From contig OY970223.1 of assembly GCA_963714015.1 (NCBI GenBank), positions 640,001 through 704,000 of the forward strand: a stretch of DNA of 64,000 nucleotides, in the 5' to 3' direction. The stretch comes from Vulcanimicrobiota bacterium. GTDB lineage: Bacteria; Vulcanimicrobiota; Vulcanimicrobiia; Vulcanimicrobiales; Vulcanimicrobiaceae. Made by a program: the position numbers and the translations under genes. This document shows, piece after piece, positions 50,334-60,402 of the stretch (the first letter of the stretch is position 1; each line of letters begins with the position of its first letter). Below the pieces are notes generated by a model. It ran no database searches, had not been told where the DNA came from, and was given only the letters and a program-made list of their open reading frames with translations.

Positions 50334-51046
50334 ACGCCGAGCAGCGGGCGCAGAGCGAATTCGCGCAACGTCCAGCGCCCTTGCGCGTAAGCGATGTCGC
50401 TTTGCGATACGAATTTGCCGTATGGACCCGCGTGCACGATCGGAACGCCGGCAATGACTTCGGGCTGCGCAAGCGTGTCGTGACTGTGGCCGCCCAATAA
50501 TAGCGTGATTCGCGGCACCGCCGCTGCGAGTTTGCGATCGAGGCGCAGACCGATGTGCGAAAGCACGACGAGCGGTTCATCTTGGGGAAGGCTGCACGCG
50601 TATTCGCCGACGACAGTCGCCGGATCGAGAAATCGCCAGCCGAAAACGCGCTCCCACGGACTGCCGGCCGGGTACTGCATAACGAGCAATCCGAGCAAGT
50701 GCACGCGCACGCCGCCGCTTTCAATGACGTGCGATCGTAAAAAGGGCAGTTCCCGCTCCTTGAGATCCACGAGGTTGCTGCAGATCAGCGGATGCCGCAT
50801 CCGTGCAGCTCGCGCTCGAACGCAGCCGAAGACGTAATGAAACTCCCGGTTACCCATGGCCTGCGCGTCATAGCCGGCGGCGTCGATCTCGCCGATGATC
50901 GGCTCTTGGCGGTGATAGACCGTTTGACTGCCGCGCAGTGAGTCGCCGCAGTCGAAGAGCAGCCCGGACTCCCGTTCGCGCAGCGCGCGCAGCGGTGCCT
51001 CGATCCCACGATGATCGTGAAGATCAGAGGTGTGGTAAATCCGCAC
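50330..51046 (-). CDS. Calcineurin-like metallophosphoesterase (5'-nucleotidase N-terminal-like)
   Basis: HTSDLH, DCGD, GNRE, LSHIG and GGHSH; its GTG overlaps the corrected lpxB stop. Confidence 0.9.
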   Translation of the reverse strand: MRIYHTSDLHDHRGIEAPLRALRERESGLLFDCGDSLRGSQTVYHRQEPIIGEIDAAGYDAQAMGNREFHYVFGCVRARAARMRHPLICSNLVDLKERELPFLRSHVIESGGVRVHLLGLLVMQYPAGSPWERVFGWRFLDPATVVGEYACSLPQDEPLVVLSHIGLRLDRKLAAAVPRITLLLGGHSHDTLAQPEVIAGVPIVHAGPYGKFVSQSDIAYAQGRWTLREFALRPLLGV

Positions 51047-52162
51047 TACCCGGCACCTTTGCGCGCCGCCGCTACGACGAACGCAGCGCATTGCCGGAGC
51101 GCGTCGTCTGAACCAAGCGCCGCGCGAAGCTCCGCCAGCGCGGCGTATTGCTGGGCCGGATCGTGCAGAGATCTCGTCCATCGCGGTCGACAAGTTGGCC
51201 GGCGTCGCGCGCTCCTGCAGAATCTCCGGCACGATTTCGCGCCCGAGTACCAGGTTGGGAAGCGTGAAAAAACGCCGGGAATAAACTTTGCGCACGTAAC
51301 GTTCGAGCAGCGGTGAGACGATGTACATTGCCGCGCAAGGCACGCCGGAAAGCGCACATTCGAGCACGGCCGTACCTGACGCAACCCACGCTGCGTCGGC
51401 CTGCGCGATTGCGGCACGGGTCCCACGAGCGAACGTCACATCGTTCAGCTGCGCGCGCGCCGCCGCAGACCGAAGCTCGCGCTCAATGCGTTCGTCAGGC
51501 GCACCGATAACGGCGCGGGCGTACGGGCGTTTGCGTTTCAGATCGCGAAATGCGTTCAGCAGCGCCGGCACGTGATACCGCAGTTCGGCCGGGCGGCTTC
51601 CCGGGAGAATCGCCACTGTGCCGCCGTCCCGCGGCGGCGCTTCGCGCGGCGGACGCATCGCATATTGTGAGGCGAGCGGGTGGCCGAAGTATGCCGCTTG
51701 CAATCCGCGTGCGGCGTAAAACTCGTGCTGATGGGCGAATGCCGTAAGCGGCAGCGCAACTGCAGCAACGGCGCGCGCCGTACGCTCGGAGTCCAGCCAC
51801 GCGCCGGGCGGGAAGAGATCGACGATCGTGCCGCCGTAGTGCATGCGGCGCAGGCGTTGCGCGAGCCGCACGTTGAACGCGCCGAAGTCGACGAGCACCA
51901 GCACGTCGGGTTTACTCGCAAAGATATGGCGCGTCGCGGCTTGCCATGCGAAGTACAGCTTCGGAATCTTGGGAATCGCGGCAAACGGCCCGAACGAGGC
52001 CCAGCCCGTGTTTTCGCGCCACACCGTAAAGCCGGCTTCACGCATCAGGCCTGCGCCTATTCCTTCGAATTGCGCGTCCGGATCGATTTGCGCAATTGCT
52101 TGCGCCAACACGACGGCGGCGAACTCTCCCGACGCCTCGCCGGTCGAAAAAAAATACCGCAA
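51046..52162 (-). CDS. lpxB: Lipid-A-disaccharide synthase LpxB; +1 frameshift near 51170
   Basis: STGEASG, LVDFGAFN, GHPL, LPGSR..E, SGTAVLE and LPNLVLG..IVPEILQ. The true C-terminus ...LRAALG...* ends at 51046. Confidence 0.9.
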
Positions 52163-52189
52163 TTTACGAAAGGCGGCTCGGCGGCCGCC

Positions 52190-52960
52190 TCATTTCAGCA
52201 GGACGCCGCGCTGCGATTCCCCTTCCAGAAACTGCAGCATATGCCGGCCCGAATCGGTAGCCGCTTCGGACTTCATCACCTCGAGCGCTTCCGCCAAACG
52301 CAACTTCGAACCGTTGAGCAGCTTGTAGAACTTTTTGATCTCGGCTCGGTCTTCGTCGCTGAAGCTGGCGCGCCGAAGGCCGACGCTGTTCAATCCATAC
52401 GGTACGGCCGGGTCGCCTTCGACGAGAAAATACGGCGGAATGTCGCGGCGCACTTTACTGGCGCCCCCGACGAACGCGTAGCGCCCTACGCGGACGAATT
52501 GATGAAATCCCGCCATGCCGCCGATCGTCACGTTGTCTTCGACGAAGCAATGTCCGGCAAGCTGCGCCAGGTTGCTCATCGTCACGTTGTTCCCGACCTC
52601 GCAATTGTGCGCGATGTGCACGTACCCCAGCAGCAAACAGTCGTCGCCGACGACCGTTGCTTGGTCTTCTCCCGTCGCGCGCTGAATGCTGACGTACTCC
52701 CGAATGACCGTACGGCTTCCAATTCTCGTGTACGCGCGCTCGCCTTCGTATTTTTTATCTTGCGAGGCGGCTCCGATGGTCGCGAACGGATAAATCCGGC
52801 TATCCTCGCCGATCGAAGTCCAGCCGTTTACCACGACGTGCGCTTGCAGCACCGTCCCGCGTCCGATCGACACGTTCTCTCCGACGACGCAATACGGACC
52901 GATCTCGACGCCGCGATCGAGTTTCGCATTCGGATGGACGATCGCCGTCGGGTGGATCAT
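52190..52960 (-). CDS. lpxA: UDP-N-acetylglucosamine acyltransferase LpxA
   Basis: IHPTAIV, hexapeptide repeats, IREYV, HIAHNC, LAGH, HQF and GLNSVGLRR. Confidence 0.97.
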   Translation of the reverse strand: MIHPTAIVHPNAKLDRGVEIGPYCVVGENVSIGRGTVLQAHVVVNGWTSIGEDSRIYPFATIGAASQDKKYEGERAYTRIGSRTVIREYVSIQRATGEDQATVVGDDCLLLGYVHIAHNCEVGNNVTMSNLAQLAGHCFVEDNVTIGGMAGFHQFVRVGRYAFVGGASKVRRDIPPYFLVEGDPAVPYGLNSVGLRRASFSDEDRAEIKKFYKLLNGSKLRLAEALEVMKSEAATDSGRHMLQFLEGESQRGVLLK

Positions 52961-53102
52961 TTAAAAGGCGCTCCGCCCTAGGCTCCGCGCCCCCCACGCT
53001 AAAGCGTGGGGCCCCCACGTCCTCATGGCGCTTAAAGCTCGTACTCGACCATCGCCTCCCCGAGGGCGCCGGTGAGGTCTCTCCACGGGGGCTGCCAAGG
53101 CC
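52961..53102. repeat. REP-like palindromic intergenic element between fabZ and lpxA
   Basis: CCCCACGCT-AA-AGCGTGGGG perfect stem at ~52992-53011, plus further small hairpins. Confidence 0.45.
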
Positions 53103-53576
53103 TCAAGCATGCAGCACCGTCGCGTCAAAACCGAAGAGCCGCGGATCCGACGCAATTGAAAACATGAGTTCCGCCGAGACGACGAATTGATCTTCTACGC
53201 GTCCTTCGGCATGCACCCAGCCGATGTTGCGCTTGTGTTTGGTCAGGCGCACTTCCATCATGAAACGATCGCCCGGCACGACGGGGCGGCGGAATTTGCA
53301 CGCGTCGATACCGGCCAGGTACGGCGTCTTGCGAGAAAATTCGCCGGGCTCCAGGACGACGGCGCCGCCGAGCTGCGCAAGCGCTTCGATCATGTAGACG
53401 CCGGGCAGGAGCGGATTTCCCGGGAAATGCCCCGTGAATACGGGCTCGGTCGCGGTTACGTTCTTGTAACCGACGGCGCGCACGCCGGGCTCTAATTCCA
53501 CGATCCGATCGACCAGCAGAATCGGATAGCGGTGCGGCAAGATCTCCATGATCTGCCGGATGTCGAGTTCAGCCAA
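53103..53576 (-). CDS. fabZ: 3-hydroxyacyl-ACP dehydratase FabZ
   Basis: LPHRYP.LLVDR, F.GHFP..P.LPGV..IEALAQ and KFRRPVVPGD. Confidence 0.96.
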   Translation of the reverse strand: MAELDIRQIMEILPHRYPILLVDRIVELEPGVRAVGYKNVTATEPVFTGHFPGNPLLPGVYMIEALAQLGGAVVLEPGEFSRKTPYLAGIDACKFRRPVVPGDRFMMEVRLTKHKRNIGWVHAEGRVEDQFVVSAELMFSIASDPRLFGFDATVLHA

Positions 53577-53578
53577 GG

Positions 53579-54421
53579 CTATTGCACTTTCGCAGCCGGC
53601 AGAGGATTTTGGCGAAGCTTGCGCAGCTCGCTCGTGGCGAGGCAGTGCAGCTTGTGACCGCTCTTGATCGCCACGATCTCGCATTGCGGATATGCGCCGA
53701 GCAGCGCGAAGTCTCCAAGCAGGTCGAGCACTTTATGGCGCACCGGCTCGTCGGGCCAGCGCAGTTCCTGCATGGGTCCTTCGGGCGCAAACACCACGGC
53801 GTTCTCGAGCGTACCGCCCTTGGCCAGCCCGCGATCCAGCAGCGCCTGCACTTCGTGCAGATATCCGAACGTGCGCGCAGCCGCTATTTCGCGCTCGAAC
53901 ACGCCGGAATCCATTTCGGCGTCAAAGTATTGCGCACCGATGGGCGGAGCAAAGTCGGCGATGAAGCGCACGCGCAAACGCGCGGCGGGAAGAATGACGA
54001 TCGCGCGGTCGCCGTCCCGCAGGAAGACCGCCGAGAGCGGGACGTACGTCTCGCGAACTTCTTTTTGCCGGACGGTGCCGGCTTCATGGATGCGATCGAC
54101 GAAGAACTTGGCGCTGCCGTCCGCGACGGGAATTTCCGGACCGTCGACGTGGATCTCGGCGTTGGCAACTCCCGTTCCGAACAGTGCGGAAAGCAGATGC
54201 TCGACCGTGGAGATAGTGACGCCGTCTTTGCCCAAGACCGTTGCGCGCGCGGTTTCGACGACGAACTCGGCCAGAGCCGGAATGTTTACGCCGCCGGAGC
54301 GAAAGACGAATCCCGAATCGGGAGCCCCGGGACGCACTTCAATGCGGCAAGCAGCGCCGCTATGCAGTCCTACGCCGTGCACTTCGAACGCGTTGCGCAG
54401 CGTGCTCTGGTACTGCGTCAC
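53579..54421 (-). CDS. lpxC: UDP-3-O-acyl-GlcNAc deacetylase LpxC
   Basis: GVGLHSG, TVEHLLSAL, ARTFG, HKVLDLLGD and SGH. Confidence 0.97.
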   Translation of the reverse strand: MTQYQSTLRNAFEVHGVGLHSGAACRIEVRPGAPDSGFVFRSGGVNIPALAEFVVETARATVLGKDGVTISTVEHLLSALFGTGVANAEIHVDGPEIPVADGSAKFFVDRIHEAGTVRQKEVRETYVPLSAVFLRDGDRAIVILPAARLRVRFIADFAPPIGAQYFDAEMDSGVFEREIAAARTFGYLHEVQALLDRGLAKGGTLENAVVFAPEGPMQELRWPDEPVRHKVLDLLGDFALLGAYPQCEIVAIKSGHKLHCLATSELRKLRQNPLPAAKVQ

Positions 54422-54424
54422 CGT

Positions 54425-55453
54425 TCAGCGTCCGCTGTCTTTTTCTTCGAGCGCCTCGACACGGGCAACCAGCTTAGGCAGGTCTCGAAGCATGACCTCT
54501 CGTCTGAGGTCCTCCCGATGCGGCCGTGCCGGCGTGCCGCTGACGAATGCGTCGTCCGGAAGGTTGCTCCATACCCTCGCGCCCGCTGCAATTTTCACGC
54601 GAGAACCAATGGTAATGTGTCCTTTGAAGCCTGACTGGCCGCCGACCAGCACGTAGTCTCCCAGAATGGTGCTGCCCGCGAGACCCGTTTGAGCGGCCAT
54701 GCCGACGCCGCGCCCGATGCGGCAATTATGTCCGACCTGGCACAGGTTGTCGATTTTGGTGCCGTCGCCGATCTGCGTACTGCCCGTTTGCGCGCGGTCG
54801 ATGCACGTATTGGCGCCAATCTCGACGTCGTCGCCCAGCACCACGTTGCCGACTTGCGGAATCCGCTCGAACCGGCCGTCGACGAAGACGTAGCCGAACC
54901 CGTCGCTGCCAACGGTCGCGCCGGCTTGCAGAATCACCCGATCGCCGGCGACGCACTCGTCCAAGATGCGCGCGTGCGGATGAAGAATCGCATCGGCGCC
55001 TACTCGCGCGTCTTGCCCGACGTACGTCCCTGCTTCGAGTACCGTTCGGTCACCGACCACCGCACCGCGGGAGACGACGACGTGGGGCCCGATGTACACG
55101 TCCTCACCGACTTGCGCCGAAGCTTCGACGATGGCGGAAGCATCGCGATACGGACCGCACTTTCGAGGACGATCGAACTCACGCAGAAGTTCCATCAGCG
55201 CGATGCGCGCGCTGGCGACGCAGATGAGCGGCTTACGGGCGTCGGTCATGCTTTCGACGAGGGCTTCATCGACGATAATGGCGGCGGCTCGCGACTTCAG
55301 GGCTGCCTGCAGATAAGCCGGGGTCGTTGCGAACGTCAGGGTCCCCGAATCAGCCTCGTCGATAGCCGCTATACTTGCGATGCGCAGGCCGGAATCGCCG
55401 CGAACCGTTCCGCCTACCCGCCGCGCAAGATCGGCCAGCGTTCCGAGGCTCAT
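54425..55453 (-). CDS. lpxD: UDP-3-O-acylglucosamine N-acyltransferase LpxD
   Basis: GSDGFGY, IPQVG.V, VEIGANTCIDR and TKIDNLCQVGHN. Confidence 0.97.
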   Translation of the reverse strand: MSLGTLADLARRVGGTVRGDSGLRIASIAAIDEADSGTLTFATTPAYLQAALKSRAAAIIVDEALVESMTDARKPLICVASARIALMELLREFDRPRKCGPYRDASAIVEASAQVGEDVYIGPHVVVSRGAVVGDRTVLEAGTYVGQDARVGADAILHPHARILDECVAGDRVILQAGATVGSDGFGYVFVDGRFERIPQVGNVVLGDDVEIGANTCIDRAQTGSTQIGDGTKIDNLCQVGHNCRIGRGVGMAAQTGLAGSTILGDYVLVGGQSGFKGHITIGSRVKIAAGARVWSNLPDDAFVSGTPARPHREDLRREVMLRDLPKLVARVEALEEKDSGR

Positions 55454-55460
55454 CGGCGCT

Positions 55461-55871
55461 TTACGGACTGGACGAAGGCGACGGCGAGGTCTCCGTGATC
55501 CCCAGAATCTTTTCCACGTCCGGAGTGATGTCGGTTCCGCCGTATCCGATGAATTCGCGGGTCAGCACGAGCCGCAAATTCTTCTGCTGCGCGACCTTCT
55601 GGGCCGCGTCTTTGATTTGATCGACCAGCTGTTGGGAAATCTTGCCGTACTTGGCCTGCAACTGCATCGCCTGCGCACGCTTCTGCGCGGTGGACTGGTT
55701 GCCTGATTCGACGGCGCGCTCGTCGGCCATCAGTTGGTTCTGAGCATTGTTGTACTGCGGCCAATTGGCGGTCAACCGCTGAACATCCAGAAGTCCCACC
55801 GGACTCGATTGCGCAGCGCATCCGCTCAAAAGCGCGGCCGCGAGGGCGATAATCGTGCGTTGCTTTTTCAC
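55461..55871 (-). CDS. Short OmpH/Skp-like lipoprotein
   Basis: Lipobox LSGC, VGLLDVQR and C-terminal YGGTDITPDV. Confidence 0.8.
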   Translation of the reverse strand: MKKQRTIIALAAALLSGCAAQSSPVGLLDVQRLTANWPQYNNAQNQLMADERAVESGNQSTAQKRAQAMQLQAKYGKISQQLVDQIKDAAQKVAQQKNLRLVLTREFIGYGGTDITPDVEKILGITETSPSPSSSP

Positions 55872-57186
55872 TGGTTCAAACTCTCTATGTCCTTTTCGAC
55901 GTCGTCGGTCAGGTCGATGCCGCCGCTTGCGGCGGTGACGTGGCTGAAAACTACCGTCAGACCGCGCTTTGCCGCCTCGGTGTGCGCGTCGTTTGTGATC
56001 TGATCGACCATCTTGCTGTACAGATCGTCGCGCTGGTGCTGAAGGTCGGCAAGCTGTTTGGCCGCTGCGCCCGTCGCCACGGAAGTGGCTCCCTGCAGCG
56101 CCGAATACTGCGCGTCCAAGTCGTCCTTCGTGGCTTGATACTGCGCGATCGTCTTTTGCGCGTCGGCTTGAAACTCCGACTTGAACTGTTTGTCGATCTG
56201 CGCGAGCCGATCGCGAGTCGAAGCCGGCAGATTGGATGGAATCGGCGCCGGCCGCAGGCCTTGCAGTCTGCGAGGAAACCTGCTGCGAGACTTCGTTCTG
56301 GCGCGAGGAGATCTTCGCGGCGGTTTGACTGTGAATCTTTGCCGCCTGGGCGGCGATATCGCGCTGCGTTGTGGAGGCGAGCTGCTTGCGATATGCCGCA
56401 AGGGTTTGTTGATCTCGCCGGCGCTGCGCAGCGACTGCACCGTTTTCTTGCTCTTGAATTGCGCTTCAGCTGGTTGCGGTACTGCGCGCGCGTGGCATCG
56501 TCCATGGCTAGGTTGTTCAGTTTCGTTTGGAGATCGAGCTTCTTGGAGGCGTCTTGCTGCGAGAGGTTGAGCGCGAGTTGCGACTCTTGTTCGTTCAGCT
56601 CGGTAGCCTTCTGGCGAAACGACTGCTCCGCCCGCAATTGGAGCTGCCGGCTAATCTGGGCGACGGCGGCGTTGTCTTGAGCAACGACCGTAGTACGATA
56701 GTTTTGAAAGTCGGCGTTCGCTTCCGACGTCACGGCCTGCGCCTGTTGGGCGGTCGTGGTCTGCATTTGCGTGAGCGCCTGGTTGCCGTTCGTTCCCGAT
56801 GCAGCCGAACCGAGCGCTGCATCGATCGCCGCTTGTTCGCGGCGCGCATAATCGACCTGCTTTTGGCGAAGGATTGCCGAAGCGCGGTTCTGAGCCTGCT
56901 GCAGTTCTTGATTGAGCTCCCGGGTCTGCTGCGCGATCTGCGCGCTCGAGCGAGGGACCGCGGACGCCCCAAGCGATTTCAGGTCCAGGGCGTCAATCGC
57001 ATCCTGAATCTGAGAGAGTCGCGTGTAAAGCGGGTGCTTCTTGACGACGTCGTCCAGCCGGACGTACCCGATTCCGCGTACGTCGGCATCCGTCGCCTTT
57101 TGCTCGTGCGCGCAGCCGGCGACAAAAAGCGCTGCCAAGACGGCCGGCAACATCACCCCGAACTTACTTGAGCCCATTTTGGACAT
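55868..57186 (-). CDS. Long coiled-coil OmpH/Skp-like lipoprotein; two +1 frameshifts (~56465, ~56270)
   Basis: Lipobox VAGC, IGYVRLDDVVKKHP, Q/A coiled coil and C-terminal GLTVVF....GGIDLTDDV. Confidence 0.75.
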
Positions 57187-57967
57187 CTTGCGTGATGTCC
57201 GTGCCTCCGTAAATGATATCCGATCGATCGATAACGAGAATCAGATTCTTCTGCTGCGCGACTTTGGACATCACGTTGCGCGTCTGATCGACCAGCGGCT
57301 TGAGCGTCTTGTCCTGCTGCGCGCTCACCTGCTTCTGGTAATCTTGGAAAATCTGTTGCTGCTGTTGCGGATTGTTCTTGGCGGCCTGCATTCGCTTCAT
57401 CGCATCTTGGCGCTGCTGCGCGGCGTACTTTACGAAGTCGTCGTTGGCCTGTTTGATGCGCGGAACTTGATCGATCTGCGTCTGGTCGACGTAGCCGATC
57501 TGGGAGGGCGGCGGCGTCGCCGTCGGCGGAACGACTTGTCCCGGCTCATTGAACAGATCGATTACCGACTTGGTGATGTCCTTACCGCCGTAGACGACGA
57601 TCCGTTTGTCGACGACCACCGACAGGCGATTGTTGGAGCTCGCCTGCGCTATGGCGGCCTGCGCGCGCGCGAAGAGCGGCCCGAGCACCTGGCGCTGACG
57701 GTTGAAGAACTTGTCGCGGAACGGTCCCGCAATGCGCTGTACATCCGCCTGCGACTTGCCGCGCGTCGCGGACGCATATTGCGCGTCCAATTGGCTCTTG
57801 TACTGCGCGACCTGCGCGTTCGCGCGCTGAAACTGCGGAAGGGCGCCGATTGCCGCTTGATCGATGAACCCGACGTCGGTTAAATCCGCGGCGAGAGCGA
57901 CAGGCGCAGCGATGAAGGCCGCGAGAGCGGCCAATGCCACGAGTGTGATGGTTTTCCGAATCTTCAT
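57164..57967 (-). CDS. OmpH/Skp family chaperone with two tandem OmpH domains
   Basis: AAGGA RBS, signal peptide, VGFID...YGGKDIT and IGYVD...YGGTDIT. Confidence 0.9.
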   Translation of the reverse strand: MKIRKTITLVALAALAAFIAAPVALAADLTDVGFIDQAAIGALPQFQRANAQVAQYKSQLDAQYASATRGKSQADVQRIAGPFRDKFFNRQRQVLGPLFARAQAAIAQASSNNRLSVVVDKRIVVYGGKDITKSVIDLFNEPGQVVPPTATPPPSQIGYVDQTQIDQVPRIKQANDDFVKYAAQQRQDAMKRMQAAKNNPQQQQQIFQDYQKQVSAQQDKTLKPLVDQTRNVMSKVAQQKNLILVIDRSDIIYGGTDITQDVQNGLK

Positions 57968-58002
57968 GGGTCCTTTAGGAGATCTCTCCTTTAATCTACG
58001 GC

Positions 58003-60261
58003 CTAGAAACTTTGGCCGATGCCGAAGCTGGTGTGCGTGCCGTTCGCGCCCTTGGCGAAATCGATTCGAATCGTATGGAATCCGAGTTGCGGGACATCGA
58101 AGCGGAACCCTATGCCGTAGTCGCCCCGATACGTCCACTCCGCCGGATAACCGACGATGCGGCTGGTATAGGGATCGAGCAACGGAGAGGCGCCGCGTAC
58201 GCGGAATCCGCCCTCGTCGACGAACAGCGCGATCCCGAACTTGCGATCGGCCGTGAACGGATAGCGCAGCTCGGCCTGGCCGAGCACCGTGTCCGTACCG
58301 TAAAAGACGCTGTTATATCCGCGCAGTTGCTGATCGGAGAACGTATAGAGCGAGCTGGGCGGAATGATGCCGGTGGAAAGCCGCCCTTGCCCGTGCAGTG
58401 CGAACGTCGAGTTCTTCAAAACGGGCAGAAACTTGGTCAGGTCGAGCTGCGTCTGCGTGTACCGGAAATTCGAACCGAGCGCCGGATCGGAGAACGTCTC
58501 GCCGAGATTGATCGTGCCGCCGTGGCGCGGGTTGAAGATGTCGTCGAGCGTTGCCGCGGAGTTGGTTCCCAGGCCGAGCGTAACCGTGTCCAAGTCATAG
58601 AGCTGGCCGGTGTTGATGTTGGCGAGCGAGGTTGCGGTGATACCGAACGTTCCGGTGTTCGTCTGCGAACCGAAAGGCCCCGGAGTGGGCCCGACCAGCA
58701 CGTTGGGTTGAACGCTCTGGAAGTAGTACGGCGACGGAACCGTGGTGCTGTTGGAGAAACGCTCGCCGCTCACTCCGACGCTTGCGGTAAAGAAGTCGGT
58801 CAAACGGCGTCCCACCTGCGCGCTGGCGCCGAGCGAGTCCGCCGTGCTCGTGGAAACGACGCCCGGCACGAGCTGCGAGGTACCGGTCTGAAGCAGCGTC
58901 ACGGGAACGGGCGAAGTACCGGTCGCGGTCGTGAGCGACGTGGTGTACACCGGATAGAAGTACGTGTAGCCGTTCGTGAACACGGTGCCGCTGAAGCTGT
59001 ACTTCTGCGAGTTCTTCGTGTTGCCGACGTACGGAATGGTCACCTGCGCCTGCGTGACGTAGCTGTTGGCGCCGCGTTCGAACTGCACGGAAACGCCGTT
59101 GCCGGTGCCGTGCAGATTCGTGTCGGAGTAGCCGAGCGTGCCGTAGAGGCCTTGTCCGGTCAAACCGCCGGAATAGCCGGCGCCGATCGAAGCCTGCGCC
59201 GTTTTCTGTTCCGTGACGACCCAGTCCAGAACGACGCAGCCCGGATCTTTCTTCATCATCTCCTCGGGGCACGACTTGGGATTGACGTCGACCTTCGAGA
59301 AGAATCCGGTGTTGTTGAGGCGTTCGAGATCGCGCTGCACGCCGGACTTGGTGAGCAGAAATCCGGGGCGTTCGGAAAGTTCGCGGCGGATCACGACGTC
59401 TTTGGTCTTGGTATTGCCGGTGATCTGCACCAGACCGACGCGAGCCGCATAGACGTCATATTTGACGCGCGCCGTTCCGGCTTTCTGATCGATGGTGGCC
59501 GGGTCGATGCCGCCCGGCATGTCCCCGAGCAGCAGATTGTACTTCTCGAACAGCGCGTTGACCGCATCACGATCGGATTGATACATCTGGTCCGAATATT
59601 CGGCGCCGGGCTTGGCCTTGAGGACCGGCAGGATCACCGACGGCGGCAAAACCGGATCGCCGCCGATGTCGACGCCCGTGATCGTCAGGCCTTCGCGCAG
59701 ATCGATCGTGAGCGTTCCCGCCTTCGAGTCGATGTTCAGGTTCAGCACGTGCGAGGGTAGCTGGCCGCTGTAGCCGATGCGATCGTAGTAGGAGTTGATC
59801 TTCAGGAAGTCTTCGCGCAGCGTATTCGTGTTGAGCACCTGTCCGACGGACGTGTCCATCAGCGCGAGCAGCGTGTCCGCCGGAACGTGCTGATTGCCCG
59901 TGAAGGCGATCTTGGTGATGACCGGGTTCTCGATAACCCGGTACGTGATAGCGATCCCGCCCGGTCGCTGCCGGATCAGCGGCGCGGCCTGATCGGAAAA
60001 GTATCCCAGCGCGAAGATGCGCCCCAGGTCGCTCTGGATTACCTTCGGGTCGTACGGCTGCCCCGGCCGTGCCTGCACGACCGCCATGATCGTCTGTGTC
60101 GGAACGTGCGCGTTGCCCGAGACGTCCACGGAGACGATCTTCGGGGTCGCGGCCGATTGGGCCGGCGCCGGCGGACATACCAGCAGAACACAGACAAGTG
60201 CGAGCACCAGGCCCACACACCGGTGGAGCGCGCCCCGCGCACGCCAGAGGCTAGAGGTCAT
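58003..60261 (-). CDS. bamA: Outer membrane protein assembly factor BamA (Omp85)
   Basis: About 4 POTRA-like repeats (GN..V, GNTKTKD.VIRREL), NLHGTG, LRGY loop-6 motif and C-terminal FGIGQSF. Confidence 0.93.
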   Translation of the reverse strand: MTSSLWRARGALHRCVGLVLALVCVLLVCPPAPAQSAATPKIVSVDVSGNAHVPTQTIMAVVQARPGQPYDPKVIQSDLGRIFALGYFSDQAAPLIRQRPGGIAITYRVIENPVITKIAFTGNQHVPADTLLALMDTSVGQVLNTNTLREDFLKINSYYDRIGYSGQLPSHVLNLNIDSKAGTLTIDLREGLTITGVDIGGDPVLPPSVILPVLKAKPGAEYSDQMYQSDRDAVNALFEKYNLLLGDMPGGIDPATIDQKAGTARVKYDVYAARVGLVQITGNTKTKDVVIRRELSERPGFLLTKSGVQRDLERLNNTGFFSKVDVNPKSCPEEMMKKDPGCVVLDWVVTEQKTAQASIGAGYSGGLTGQGLYGTLGYSDTNLHGTGNGVSVQFERGANSYVTQAQVTIPYVGNTKNSQKYSFSGTVFTNGYTYFYPVYTTSLTTATGTSPVPVTLLQTGTSQLVPGVVSTSTADSLGASAQVGRRLTDFFTASVGVSGERFSNSTTVPSPYYFQSVQPNVLVGPTPGPFGSQTNTGTFGITATSLANINTGQLYDLDTVTLGLGTNSAATLDDIFNPRHGGTINLGETFSDPALGSNFRYTQTQLDLTKFLPVLKNSTFALHGQGRLSTGIIPPSSLYTFSDQQLRGYNSVFYGTDTVLGQAELRYPFTADRKFGIALFVDEGGFRVRGASPLLDPYTSRIVGYPAEWTYRGDYGIGFRFDVPQLGFHTIRIDFAKGANGTHTSFGIGQSF

Positions 60262-60402
60262 CAAAAATCTTTTCCCTATATGAGAAGGTTCGACTCCAAC
60301 GCTATTGCTGCATTGGCACATTAACGCGCCCGGAGTACGCGCCGTTTCGACCCGCCCCGCCTGTTCGAGGCTATCGGTCCCGGTCCTTGCAACCGTGAAA
60401 TC

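Noticed and set aside
50330..52162. 610-aa LpxB-metallophosphoesterase fusion in the ORF track
   Set aside because: A normal LpxB C-terminus and stop exist in the shifted frame, ending at 51046 and overlapping the phosphoesterase GTG. The fusion results from a +1 indel near 51170.
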